64,000 nt of DNA from positions 6,439 to 70,438 of the forward strand of contig CAMDQT010000003.1 of NCBI GenBank assembly GCA_945906305.1. Reading direction: 5' to 3'. Positions 30,871-39,475 of the stretch are shown one piece after another. Positions within the stretch are counted from its first letter, which is position 1, and each line of letters begins with the position of its first letter. Made by a program: the position numbers and the translations under genes. The DNA is from Ferrithrix thermotolerans DSM 19514. GTDB lineage: Bacteria > Actinomycetota > Acidimicrobiia > Acidimicrobiales > CAIXPF01. The notes below the pieces were generated by a model. That model was given only the letters and a program-made list of their open reading frames with translations, did no database searches and had not been told where the DNA came from.

Positions 30871-31650
30871 ATGGATCAGACACCGTTACCGCGTGTGATC
30901 GCCATAGCGAACCAAAAGGGTGGTGTGGGCAAGACGACCACGACGGTGAACCTCGGTGCATCGCTGGCGGAGCTTGGCTTCCGAACCCTGATTATCGATC
31001 TAGACCCACAAGGGAATGCCTCAACAGGCCTAGGTCTGAATCCCTGGTCGGTGGAGGTGTCGATGTACGACGTGCTCCTGCGGGAGGCTCCTCTGGAGGA
31101 CTGTATCGAGGCGTCCTCGGTGCGCAATCTGTTCGTTGCTCCCTCGAACCTTGAGTTGGCCGGTGCTGAGGTCGAACTGGTACCCATGTTCTCTCGGGAA
31201 CTCAAGCTCCGTCGTGCCATCGAGCCCTTGCTGGCTGATTACCAGTACATACTCATCGACTGCCCACCTTCGCTGGGGTTGCTAACCGTGAATGGGTTGG
31301 CCGCGGCCTCGGAGGTATTGGTCCCTATCCAGTGCGAGTACTACGCGCTGGAGGGACTCGGCCAGCTGCTCCGCAACGTGGACCTGGTTAAGAAGAACCT
31401 CAATCCGCAACTTGAGGTGCGCTCGTTGGTATTGGTCATGTACGACGCGCGGACCAAACTGTCGGAGCAGGTCGCTCGGGAGGTGCGGTCTCACTTCGGC
31501 GACCGAGTCTGTCGCAATGTGATTCCCCGCACGGTCCGACTCTCCGAGGCTCCCTCATTCGGCCAGCCCATTTTGGTCTTTGACCCCACGTCACGGGGGG
31601 CGATTGCCTATCGAGAATTGGCACGGGAGGTCAGCGGTGTCGCGGCGTAG
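30871..31650 (+). CDS. parA: chromosome partitioning ATPase ParA (Soj)
   Basis: ..RVIAIANQKGGVGKTTTTVNLGASLAE (deviant Walker A)..LIDCPPSLG... The track ORF starts at GTG 30850. ATG 30871, with GGAG 8 nt upstream, is preferred. Confidence 0.92.
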   Translation: MDQTPLPRVIAIANQKGGVGKTTTTVNLGASLAELGFRTLIIDLDPQGNASTGLGLNPWSVEVSMYDVLLREAPLEDCIEASSVRNLFVAPSNLELAGAEVELVPMFSRELKLRRAIEPLLADYQYILIDCPPSLGLLTVNGLAAASEVLVPIQCEYYALEGLGQLLRNVDLVKKNLNPQLEVRSLVLVMYDARTKLSEQVAREVRSHFGDRVCRNVIPRTVRLSEAPSFGQPILVFDPTSRGAIAYRELAREVSGVAA

Positions 31651-32626
31651 TGGACTTGGCCGAGGGTTGGGTGCACTCATACCCAGCGATCTCGTAGGCG
31701 GGGCAGAAGGGGATCTGCTTCGAGAGTTGCCGCTGTCATCGATCGAGCCGAACCGCTTTCAGCCTCGCGAACATTTTGACGAGGCCGCTTTGGTGGCACT
31801 CAGCGACTCGATTCGGGAGCTTGGCGTCTTGCAGCCGGTGCTCGTTCGACCGGTGGAGGGCGAGGTTGAGCGCTTCGAGTTGATTGCCGGGGAGCGCCGC
31901 TGGCGAGCGGCTCGAAAGGCAGGCCTCAGTCATATTCCCGCGATCGTCCGACCAGTCAACGACACCTCGTCTCTCGAGCAGGCACTGGTCGAGAATCTGC
32001 ACCGCTCGGATCTCAACCCGCTAGAAGAGGGCGCGGCCTACCAGCAGTTGATGGAGGAGTTCGGTTTCACTCAGGAACAGGTTGCGGCGCGGGTGGGTAA
32101 GAATCGATCGACGGTGGCAAATATTCTGCGCTTGCTGCAGTTGCCCACGTTCACCCAACGGCTCGTTGCCGAGGGTCAGTTATCGGCGGGGCACGCTCGG
32201 GCGATACTGGGAACGCCCGATCGCACCATGCAAGATCAGCTGGCCCGGCGCGTGATGGCGGAGAGCCTGAGTGTTCGTCAGGTCGAGGAGACGGTGCGTC
32301 AGCTGTCCCTGGTCGAGTCGGGTCAGATCACGGACGAGGATGAGACCCCAGCTCGCCGCGAGGCGCCGAGCGAGCCATCAGGGCCAAGGCCTGGGGCCGA
32401 GGGGCCGGATGTTCCTGAAGCAGGCCGTTGGACCCCCCCTCGTCCGACAGCCATCGATCAGGCGCTGCCGGCGGCAGGGTTTCTCGAGCTCGAACAACTT
32501 CTGGCGGATCTCTTCGAGACCAATGTGCGCATCTCGATGGGGCGAGGCCGAGGCCGGCTTACAATCGATTTTGCCGATATAGGCGACCTCGAGCGCATCT
32601 ATGGATTGATCGTTGAGGGTCCCTGA
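31637..32626 (+). CDS. parB: chromosome partitioning protein ParB (Spo0J)
   Basis: ..SGLGRGLGALIP.., ParB box LIAGERRWRAARKAGL, and HTH ..FTQEQVAARVGKNRSTVANILRLL... GTG 31637 overlaps the parA stop. The track ORF starts earlier, at 31580. Confidence 0.9.
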   Translation: MSRRSGLGRGLGALIPSDLVGGAEGDLLRELPLSSIEPNRFQPREHFDEAALVALSDSIRELGVLQPVLVRPVEGEVERFELIAGERRWRAARKAGLSHIPAIVRPVNDTSSLEQALVENLHRSDLNPLEEGAAYQQLMEEFGFTQEQVAARVGKNRSTVANILRLLQLPTFTQRLVAEGQLSAGHARAILGTPDRTMQDQLARRVMAESLSVRQVEETVRQLSLVESGQITDEDETPARREAPSEPSGPRPGAEGPDVPEAGRWTPPRPTAIDQALPAAGFLELEQLLADLFETNVRISMGRGRGRLTIDFADIGDLERIYGLIVEGP

Positions 32627-32631
32627 TCCCA

Positions 32632-32654
32632 GTATCCACAGGTTGTGTGGAAAG
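32632..32654. promoter_or_regulatory. pair of convergent DnaA-box-like sites just downstream of parB
   Basis: GTATCCACA 32632-32640 and TGTGGAAAG 32646-32654 (reverse complement CTTTCCACA). The 12-mer GTATCCACAGGT is identical to 26591-26602. Confidence 0.35.
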
Positions 32655-32719
32655 TTGTGCGTAACGTTCGAGCAGAGGGCGAGAGCGTAGGTACTTCTGC
32701 TCAGTCTGGGATTGACCAA

Positions 32720-33733
32720 TTAAGGGTTCTGAACCACCGGTTCAGATACTGGCTCCGCAGCCCAATTCACGAGTGCGGCCGCCAGTGCAGTTGCCACTTG
32801 TTCGTTTCGTGTGACCACCAGTGAGGCTGGCCCGATTTCGATGATGACCGCAGGCATGCGCGTCTCGCGTAGGAGCGGAAGCCTCATGCCGACAATTTGT
32901 GGGGCGCACCCGAGGTGGGGCTCAAGTGCATGCCCAGCGTATTGAGCGAGGGAACGTCCGGGCTGGGACCAAAATCGGATTCCCTGGAAGTAGGCCAGGC
33001 GATGGCTCGGCCCCGGGGTGAACTGAAGGGCGACGAAGACGTCCCCGTTGGCGGAGTTGGCAATTCGAGCTTGGGTAGGTCCGTCGGGATGGCTGACGGT
33101 GAGAACTTGCGCACCGGTTTCGCGCAGTTGACGGTGCAGGGCATAGGTCAGCGTGGCGGCGCCGCCCTGGTGGCCGATAATGACCGATCTCCCGCGTAGG
33201 CCTGGTGGCGCGGCTCGGAGACGCTCACGCTCACGTACTTGCTCCACCATGAGCGCCGCGGTTCGGTCCGGGCCTAGCCGATGGATGGCGGCGTAGGTAT
33301 CAGGGCCACAAATACCGTCACTCACGAGGCCCGCATTGCGCTGAAACTCGGCGACGGCCGATGCGGTCCGTGGGCCGAAGATGCCGTCTGCTCGACCGGC
33401 ATCGAATCCGAGGGAGCTGAGGCAAGCTTGAAGGCCAGCGATGTCGTCACCCCGCATCATCGGGGAGCGGAGATAGAGCTGTCGGTCGCCGAGGCGATAT
33501 CCGGCTTCGACAAGAACGGTCCACGTCAGCTCGTTGCAGACCCCGTCGACATCGAGGCCGTATCGCTGCTGGAAATCGCGAAGGGCCAGCTCCGTTGCTC
33601 GACCGAACGTTCCGAACGGATCGGTTTCGTCCTGACTGACGCCTAACGCGAGCAACCTTCGCTGGAGATCGGCGACGGGCTCGCCCCGGCTGCCCTCTTT
33701 CAGTGGGAGGGCTATCAAGAGCGAGGAACGCAA
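32720..33733 (-). CDS. CwlM-like protein: two peptidoglycan-binding domains plus N-acetylmuramoyl-L-alanine amidase (Amidase_3) domain
   Basis: Two PG_binding_1-type repeats (..LQRRLLALGV..ALRDFQQRYGLDVDGVCNELTW.. and ..LQACLSSLGF..AVAEFQRNAGLVSDGICGPDTY..), then an amidase-like C-terminal half. It lies next to trxA/trxB as cwlM does in mycobacteria. TTG start uncertain. Confidence 0.75.
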   Translation of the reverse strand: MRSSLLIALPLKEGSRGEPVADLQRRLLALGVSQDETDPFGTFGRATELALRDFQQRYGLDVDGVCNELTWTVLVEAGYRLGDRQLYLRSPMMRGDDIAGLQACLSSLGFDAGRADGIFGPRTASAVAEFQRNAGLVSDGICGPDTYAAIHRLGPDRTAALMVEQVRERERLRAAPPGLRGRSVIIGHQGGAATLTYALHRQLRETGAQVLTVSHPDGPTQARIANSANGDVFVALQFTPGPSHRLAYFQGIRFWSQPGRSLAQYAGHALEPHLGCAPQIVGMRLPLLRETRMPAVIIEIGPASLVVTRNEQVATALAAALVNWAAEPVSEPVVQNP

Positions 33734-33748
33734 GGATGGGGCACGGCC

Positions 33749-33782
33749 AAAAAGACTACCGCGCCCCGGATGGGCGCGGTAG
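33749..33782 (-). terminator. intrinsic terminator downstream of trxA
   Basis: Perfect 11-bp GC-rich stem CTACCGCGCCC / GGGCGCGGTAG (33756-33766 / 33772-33782) with a 5-nt loop. On the minus strand it is followed by TCTTTTT (33755-33749). Confidence 0.7.
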
Positions 33783-33814
33783 AGGGCCAGCGAAAGGTTA
33801 TGGAGTGATGCCGG

Positions 33815-34141
33815 TCAGAGGAACTCAGCGATTCCTTCAAGCAGGATGCGCTTGCCCTGTAGGCCGACGAAACGCTTGACCGGAAGCCCGTCCTTGAAGA
33901 GGATCAGCGTTGGAATGCTCATGACGTCGAACCGCCGGGCGATGTCGGGACTTTCATCCACATTGAGCTTGGCGATCTGCAGCTCGCCCGCCTTGTCGGT
34001 GGCGATCTCCTCGAGTATTGGCGCCAACCTCAAGCAGGGCCCACACCAGGTCGCCCAAAAGTCGACGAGGACAGGCTCCGTTGCAGACTTGATGGTTTCG
34101 TCGAATGAGGAGCCGGAAACCGTTGTGATGTGCTCGCCCAT
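33815..34141 (-). CDS. trxA: thioredoxin
   Basis: 108 aa. ..VLVDFWATWCGPCLRLAPILEEI.. with the WCGPC active site. Confidence 0.95.
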   Translation of the reverse strand: MGEHITTVSGSSFDETIKSATEPVLVDFWATWCGPCLRLAPILEEIATDKAGELQIAKLNVDESPDIARRFDVMSIPTLILFKDGLPVKRFVGLQGKRILLEGIAEFL

Positions 34142-34162
34142 TTGGGCCTCCTAGAGGTACGT

Positions 34163-34180
34163 ACGTTTCACGTGAAACGT
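34163..34180. promoter_or_regulatory. parS centromere-like site (perfect 18-bp palindrome)
   Basis: ACGTTTCACGTGAAACGT read directly. The core GTTTCACGTGAAAC equals the canonical ParB-binding parS core. Located in the trxB-trxA spacer. Confidence 0.8.
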
Positions 34181-34245
34181 TTGGTCGGGGTGGTTCGAAC
34201 GCCGAGTTCGGCTGTGGGGGGTTCGAGAGAGGCTAGCGGACAGTA

Positions 34246-35223
34246 TTAATGGCTTGTCGGCGTATGGTGAAACGCTTCGAGCCACCGTTCGGTGTCGATG
34301 GCGGCCATGCAGCCGGAGCCGGCGGCGGTTATTGCTTGCCGATAGATGGAGTCCTGTACGTCTCCGCAGGCGAAGACTCCATCGATGTTGGTTCGAGAGC
34401 TACCGGGTTGTGTCCGAAGGTAGCCGTCTGGGCCGAGGTCGAGTTGACCTTTGAATAGGTCGGTGTTGGGTCGATGGCCGATGGCCACGAAGAGGCCAGT
34501 CACCTCAAGGGTGGAGGTCTTGCCACTTTGCAGGTTTTGTACCTCGAGCCGCTCGACCGAAGTCTTGCCGATCACGTCGGACACGGTGCTGTTCCAAATG
34601 AACCGGATTTTCTCGTTGGCCTGCGCTCGCTCGGCCATGATGTGTGAAGCCCGCAGAGAGTCGCGACGATGAATGATGCGGACCGTCCGAGCGAACTTGG
34701 TGAGGAATATCGCTTCCTCCATGGCGGAGTCTCCCCCACCAATGACGGCGATGTCGCGGTCACGGAAGAAGAATCCGTCACAGGTAGCGCAGGTTGACAC
34801 GCCGAAACCGAGTAGCCGGGCTTCATTGGGGAGCCCGAGCATCAATGATTGCGCCCCGGTGGCCACGATGACCGAGTCGGCACGGAACGTGGGTTCTGGG
34901 GCATCGGGACCGTCGACCCAAATCTCGAACGGGTGGACCGTGAGGTCTACTCGGGAGGCCTTCTGCGTACGGATGTCGGCGCCAAAGCGTTCGGCCTGGG
35001 AGCGCATCCGGGTCATGAGATCAGGGCCCATGATTCCTTCGGGGAAGCCGGGAAAGTTCTCGACTTCGGTCGTCAACATGAGTTGGCCACCGGGTTGGTC
35101 GGAGGTACTCGAAGGCTCGCCTTCGAGTACTACTGGCTCGAGGTTGGCGCGAGCGGTGTAGACGGCGGCGGTCAGGCCTGCCGGTCCAGACCCGATGATG
35201 ACGACGTTGCGCTTTGCGGTCAT
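34246..35223 (-). CDS. trxB: thioredoxin-disulfide reductase
   Basis: Track ORF 34246..35727. The conserved protein begins MTAKRNVVIIGSGPAGLTAAVYTARA (ATG 35223), with redox centre CATCDGFFF and NADPH motif GGGDSAMEEA. The upstream 168 codons are Arg/Pro-rich and overlap another ORF. Confidence 0.93.
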   Translation of the reverse strand: MTAKRNVVIIGSGPAGLTAAVYTARANLEPVVLEGEPSSTSDQPGGQLMLTTEVENFPGFPEGIMGPDLMTRMRSQAERFGADIRTQKASRVDLTVHPFEIWVDGPDAPEPTFRADSVIVATGAQSLMLGLPNEARLLGFGVSTCATCDGFFFRDRDIAVIGGGDSAMEEAIFLTKFARTVRIIHRRDSLRASHIMAERAQANEKIRFIWNSTVSDVIGKTSVERLEVQNLQSGKTSTLEVTGLFVAIGHRPNTDLFKGQLDLGPDGYLRTQPGSSRTNIDGVFACGDVQDSIYRQAITAAGSGCMAAIDTERWLEAFHHTPTSH

Positions 35224-35585
35224 GAAACGATCTCCTTGCGGGTGCGTCGACTCCAGCAGCCGAAGCCAGCGACGCACAGCACCAGCCCGATAAGTAGTTG
35301 AACAGCCCAGGTGGGCATGAGGGCATCGAGTCCCCGCAACACGGCGATGAGCAACATCATTCCCACGACGCCGATAAGGACGACGGCGACGAGGCCGTAG
35401 ACGATGGCCCGGGAAGCGACAATGGCTGGTCCCGTGGTCTTCCTGCGGACGTTCCCGATGAGAGATTCGATTTGTTCGGCCGCCTGCACCGGCCATTCCC
35501 CCCCCAACCAATCGCCCATCGGGCCGAGGCCAGCGGAGGGAGATGTGTTGTCGGGGGGGATCTTGAGATCGTCTGGCCGGTCCAT
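35220..35585 (-). CDS. hypothetical small membrane protein (2 predicted TM helices)
   Basis: 121 aa. Hydrophobic segments IVYGLVAVVLIGVVGMMLLIAVL and AVQLLIGLVLCVAGFGCW. Its stop overlaps the trxB ATG (ATGA), suggesting co-translation. Confidence 0.55.
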   Translation of the reverse strand: MDRPDDLKIPPDNTSPSAGLGPMGDWLGGEWPVQAAEQIESLIGNVRRKTTGPAIVASRAIVYGLVAVVLIGVVGMMLLIAVLRGLDALMPTWAVQLLIGLVLCVAGFGCWSRRTRKEIVS

Positions 35586-35665
35586 GGCCGAATCCTAGAC
35601 AAGGAGAGACGCGGTCCCGGTGGCCGAACCTCGGTGGGGCATCGGACGGGTCTCGGCGGGCGTAA

Positions 35666-37261
35666 TCAGGACTGGGCGAAGACGGTTGCTTCGATGAGGT
35701 CGATGTGACGCGAGTTGGGCCGTCCACCGAAGCAGTTGTCTGGTTCGACGTTGGTGAGCGAGGTGAAGAAGATGAGGATCGATTGAGCGGGGGTCGCTTC
35801 GAAGATGCTTTGGGTGGAGGAGGTGCTGCTGGCGAGGCTCGTGAGCGGTGGTCCCCAGCCTTCCAATGTGATGGTGGTGAGATCGCGGGAGGGTCTTGAG
35901 CTGGTATAGATGTCGGCGATCCAGCCGGTCTGAGGGGTCAGCAGGGTAAGGCCGACGAGGTCGACGGGCTTACCCGTGTCGATGATGAGGCCGACCCCAG
36001 GTTTGGGAATCTCGGAAAACTCGCTCTGGTAGCACTCGGTGCGCCAGAACTTGGTGCGATCGGCCTGGTCATCCACGGCGTATTGGATCAGTTCGTCATT
36101 TTCTTCCCGGTCGCCGTACACGTCGTAGGTGCTGGCGGTGAGTCGGGCCAGGACGGTGGTTCGAGCGGAGGCCACGACGGTGGTGGACACGGGTGATTCC
36201 ACCGTGACGGCTGCGCCCGTGATGTCCTCCCGCGGAGCCCGCTCATAGGTCAACAGGGAGATCAGACCGGCAAGGGCTAGACCTGCAACGACGGCGAGGA
36301 GAACCCGACCGACGGATCGAATGCGTGGCCGTGGGGTGGCGGTACTCGACCGGTCCACCCGGGGGAGGCTGATGGAGGGCACCACAACGGGTTCGACATT
36401 GGTCAGCAGCGCCGTTCTAAAGTCTTCGGCGCTGGCGAATCGCTTCGCGGGGTCGCTGGCGATGGCCTGCAAGATCACTGCTTCAAGGCCCGGTGAGATA
36501 TCCGCCCGCAGGCATCGCGGGGGGATCGGGGCGGTGTCCAGGCGTGCCATAGCGGTCTCAAGATCCGAGCCGGCATCCCACGGAATGGAGCCGGTCACCA
36601 TTTCGTAGAGCACGACGCCGAGAGAGAACACGTCGCTACGGGCGTCGATTTCGCTGCTCGTCACCTGCTCGGGCGCAAGGTACTTGGCCGTCCCGAGCAT
36701 GTCCTCCGTTTGGGTCAGGTCGAGTCCTGCCTGCTCAATCGCTTTGGATATACCGAAATCGGTGACCCGAACCTGAGGCATGACCGGCCCGAGAACGTCG
36801 ACCGGGCCGGTGTCTTCGAGGAGGATGTTGCCGGGTTTGATGTCACGATGGATGATGCCGGCATCATGGGCGGTTTGTAAGGCCTCCGCTACTTGCATCG
36901 CGATCCCGATTGCGGTGGGAATATCGAGGAGTCCGTCATCGAGGCGCTGACGAAGGTTCAGCCCCGGGACGTATTCCAAGATGAGGGCCGAATACTTACT
37001 CTCCGTGATGCTGTCATAAATCGCCACGATGTGCGGGCTGCGCAAACGGGCGGCCGCTTGCGCTTCGCGTCGAAACCGTTCGACGAAGGTGGGATCAGTC
37101 AGCTTTCGCCGGTCGAGCATCTTGATAGCGACGCGTCTGTTGAGCACCAAGTCGGTGCCTCGCCAAACTTGGGACATGCCACCTCGGGCTATCGGCCGGT
37201 CGAGACGATACCGACCCACGAGGGTAGCTCTGGAGCCCGCCGGCTTGTTCTCATCGGTCAC
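35666..37261 (-). CDS. Ser/Thr protein kinase with one TM helix and an extracellular C-terminal domain
   Basis: Hanks motifs are intact: GRGGMSQVW, VAIKML, HRDIKPGNILL, DFGISK, KYLAPEQ. TM segment VLLAVVAGLALAGLISLL, then about 190 aa outside. Confidence 0.9.
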   Translation of the reverse strand: MTDENKPAGSRATLVGRYRLDRPIARGGMSQVWRGTDLVLNRRVAIKMLDRRKLTDPTFVERFRREAQAAARLRSPHIVAIYDSITESKYSALILEYVPGLNLRQRLDDGLLDIPTAIGIAMQVAEALQTAHDAGIIHRDIKPGNILLEDTGPVDVLGPVMPQVRVTDFGISKAIEQAGLDLTQTEDMLGTAKYLAPEQVTSSEIDARSDVFSLGVVLYEMVTGSIPWDAGSDLETAMARLDTAPIPPRCLRADISPGLEAVILQAIASDPAKRFASAEDFRTALLTNVEPVVVPSISLPRVDRSSTATPRPRIRSVGRVLLAVVAGLALAGLISLLTYERAPREDITGAAVTVESPVSTTVVASARTTVLARLTASTYDVYGDREENDELIQYAVDDQADRTKFWRTECYQSEFSEIPKPGVGLIIDTGKPVDLVGLTLLTPQTGWIADIYTSSRPSRDLTTITLEGWGPPLTSLASSTSSTQSIFEATPAQSILIFFTSLTNVEPDNCFGGRPNSRHIDLIEATVFAQS

Positions 37262-37354
37262 CCGCGTACTCCTCTCTTCCGCTGACCTCGGCCCTTTCGG
37301 GTATGGAATTGGCAGGTCACAATCATGAATGGCCGGTTCGCCCGGTGGTGGCGA

Positions 37355-39475
37355 TCACGTGTGGATCGGCTTGGACAGCGGTGGCGAGGGGTCGTTCAGT
37401 TTGCTGTGGCCCGCGGCGTAGCCAGGGTGGCTGATGGTCCGGTCGACTGGCACGTTGTCACTGGACCCTGAAGTGTCGGAGCGGGACTTCGTGCCGTTCG
37501 TCTTGCTGCCGCGGCGAGCGTTGCGGAACCACCAGATGATGAGGAACACGAGCGCGCTTATGGACAGAAAGAGGCCGACACCGGAAATAGCACGTGACTG
37601 GACACGCACAGGAATATCACCCAGAGTGATTGCCTGGTCAAGGGTGCTGACATGGATGGCGAAGTCGAAATCTCCTGATCGGCGGGTTTTGATGTGAAAC
37701 TCGAGATCGTTCGGTCCGGGCTTCAGGGTGACGGGTAGGGGATTTGGTCCGGTGAATTCGACTTCACCGCTGACCAGGGTTAGAAGCACGGCCAGAGGCC
37801 GATTGCTCGTGTTACGAAGTACGAGCGGGATTGCTGTTTCGTGTGCTGTTGTCGTGAATGCCTGACTCTGTGGTAGCACGACAGCATTGGTCACCGACCT
37901 GATGGTTGCCTCAACGTTGTTGAGTAGGGCCGCGGCGTCGCCTTCGCTGATGTCCTCAGCGGGGAACAACATCAATTGGGCTTCAAGCGCGTCGGCCAAC
38001 TGAGGGTCACCGAGGAGTGTGCGCAGACCGTTTATGCGAGCGGTAACCGTGGCGAGGTGGTCACTGCGCGGGTTGCTTGCACCGAACGAGGCGGAATTTG
38101 ACGGTGCTGAGACCGGCGGGCCGTAGGCCAGATGGTTCTCAAAGAGGCTGTTGAGGGTGACCGATTGCAACGGGCCATTGGTCGCCAGCGCGCTGAGAAC
38201 AGTGCTGACGAACTCGCCGCCGAAGTCAAGGGTCGTGCCGAAACGCAGTTGTTGGGAGCGCTTGTCGCCGTCGATGGCAGGGAGGACCAGGGCGGCAAGA
38301 ACCCGATGAGCATCAAGGATTCCGGGTGTCATCATGGTGGTGGGTGTGAACGCCGCAAGGTCAAACGCCGGAACGGGGAGAAGGGACTGGCTAGGGCGTT
38401 CCAGCAGCGGACTTGGCCCCAGGCCCAGACCGACCATGGTCTTGGTGTTACCTGCCTCGTTGCTTACTACGCGGTCGACGCCGATCTCGGCGAGGCTGGC
38501 GAGTACGAGCGCGTCGGTGGGACCAGATAGCGCTGCGGTATTGCGACGGTGACGCAGTTGGGTGGTGTCAAGAACGGCCGCGCCAGCCTCGATTTCTCGG
38601 CGAAACGTTTCGCGATGCAGGTCGGTGAGCCAATTCGCTTCGTTGAAGCCGACGAAGGTGCCCCCGAGGATCTCTGCAACACCGGTTGGGCCGGCCATGC
38701 GGATGATGCTCGAGAGGGCAGGTCCCCCGACCCCGGTGCGGTTGTCAACCAAGCCGCTCACCGTCTCGGGATGAAGCTGCACGCTGAGTGGGATGTCGCT
38801 GAACCGGCTGAGACCATCGAGTTGACGTTGAAGCTGGGCAGCGGACTGGGCGGACAGCAGCGCCCGTCCGGCACTGGAACGTTGCGGTGCAAGGCGTAGA
38901 TCGGCGATGACGGCGACGCTCACCGGGTCGAGCAGAAGGGATTGGGGGAGATGCACGAGATGGGTGACCAAGGACGCCATGAGTTCACCGTCGGGGTCGA
39001 ACAACCGAACCTCGACGGGGTACACGCCAGGTTCGAGCACGTAAGGGTCCCCGAATGTTCCATCGGCCTCCGCAACGACGGCGAACTCCAGTCGCTGTGT
39101 TGTTCGTCCTGCCGGCACGGCGAAGTTGGCGAATCGGTCGAGGGGGCGAACCTTCAGTGGCGTGATCGCGGCGGCCAGCACGTCCTCGCTCGTGGACACC
39201 GCGGGGAACAACCGCGCTTGCAACGTGTAATCCTGGTTGGGCGCGACGACGTGCAGCACCATATGAAACGTTCCGCGGGGCCCGATCCAGTTGTCCTGGT
39301 CGAGCAGTTGCAGTTGTGGTTCGGTTGTGTTGGTGGTGCTCAACTGCGCATCAGCAGCATTGGTGGGGCCGGTAACGATGCTGAGGGCGAGCGACACCAG
39401 CACCGTCGAGACCAAGCATGCCGTTCGTCCTGCGAGTGATGGACACCGTTGCGGGCGCCGGGGCGAAGCCCTCAT
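37355..39475 (-). CDS. large exported/membrane-anchored hypothetical protein (possibly DUF6049-like, Rv3909-like position)
   Basis: 706 aa. N-terminal signal-like TACLVSTVLVSLALSIVTGPTNA and C-terminal TM GVGLFLSISALVFLIIWWF. The family assignment comes from architecture and synteny recollection only. Confidence 0.5.
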   Translation of the reverse strand: MRASPRRPQRCPSLAGRTACLVSTVLVSLALSIVTGPTNAADAQLSTTNTTEPQLQLLDQDNWIGPRGTFHMVLHVVAPNQDYTLQARLFPAVSTSEDVLAAAITPLKVRPLDRFANFAVPAGRTTQRLEFAVVAEADGTFGDPYVLEPGVYPVEVRLFDPDGELMASLVTHLVHLPQSLLLDPVSVAVIADLRLAPQRSSAGRALLSAQSAAQLQRQLDGLSRFSDIPLSVQLHPETVSGLVDNRTGVGGPALSSIIRMAGPTGVAEILGGTFVGFNEANWLTDLHRETFRREIEAGAAVLDTTQLRHRRNTAALSGPTDALVLASLAEIGVDRVVSNEAGNTKTMVGLGLGPSPLLERPSQSLLPVPAFDLAAFTPTTMMTPGILDAHRVLAALVLPAIDGDKRSQQLRFGTTLDFGGEFVSTVLSALATNGPLQSVTLNSLFENHLAYGPPVSAPSNSASFGASNPRSDHLATVTARINGLRTLLGDPQLADALEAQLMLFPAEDISEGDAAALLNNVEATIRSVTNAVVLPQSQAFTTTAHETAIPLVLRNTSNRPLAVLLTLVSGEVEFTGPNPLPVTLKPGPNDLEFHIKTRRSGDFDFAIHVSTLDQAITLGDIPVRVQSRAISGVGLFLSISALVFLIIWWFRNARRGSKTNGTKSRSDTSGSSDNVPVDRTISHPGYAAGHSKLNDPSPPLSKPIHT

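Noticed and set aside
35224-35727. 168-codon N-terminal extension of the trxB ORF (track ORF 34246..35727)
   Set aside because: The conserved TrxB begins at MTAKRNVVIIGSGPAG (ATG 35223). The extension is Arg/Pro-rich and overlaps, in another frame, a better small membrane-protein ORF whose stop is coupled to the trxB ATG.
37686-37701. parS-like sequence gttttgatgtgaaact
   Set aside because: Only about 11 of 16 positions match the parS consensus, the left half-site is poor, and it lies inside a CDS. Probably chance.
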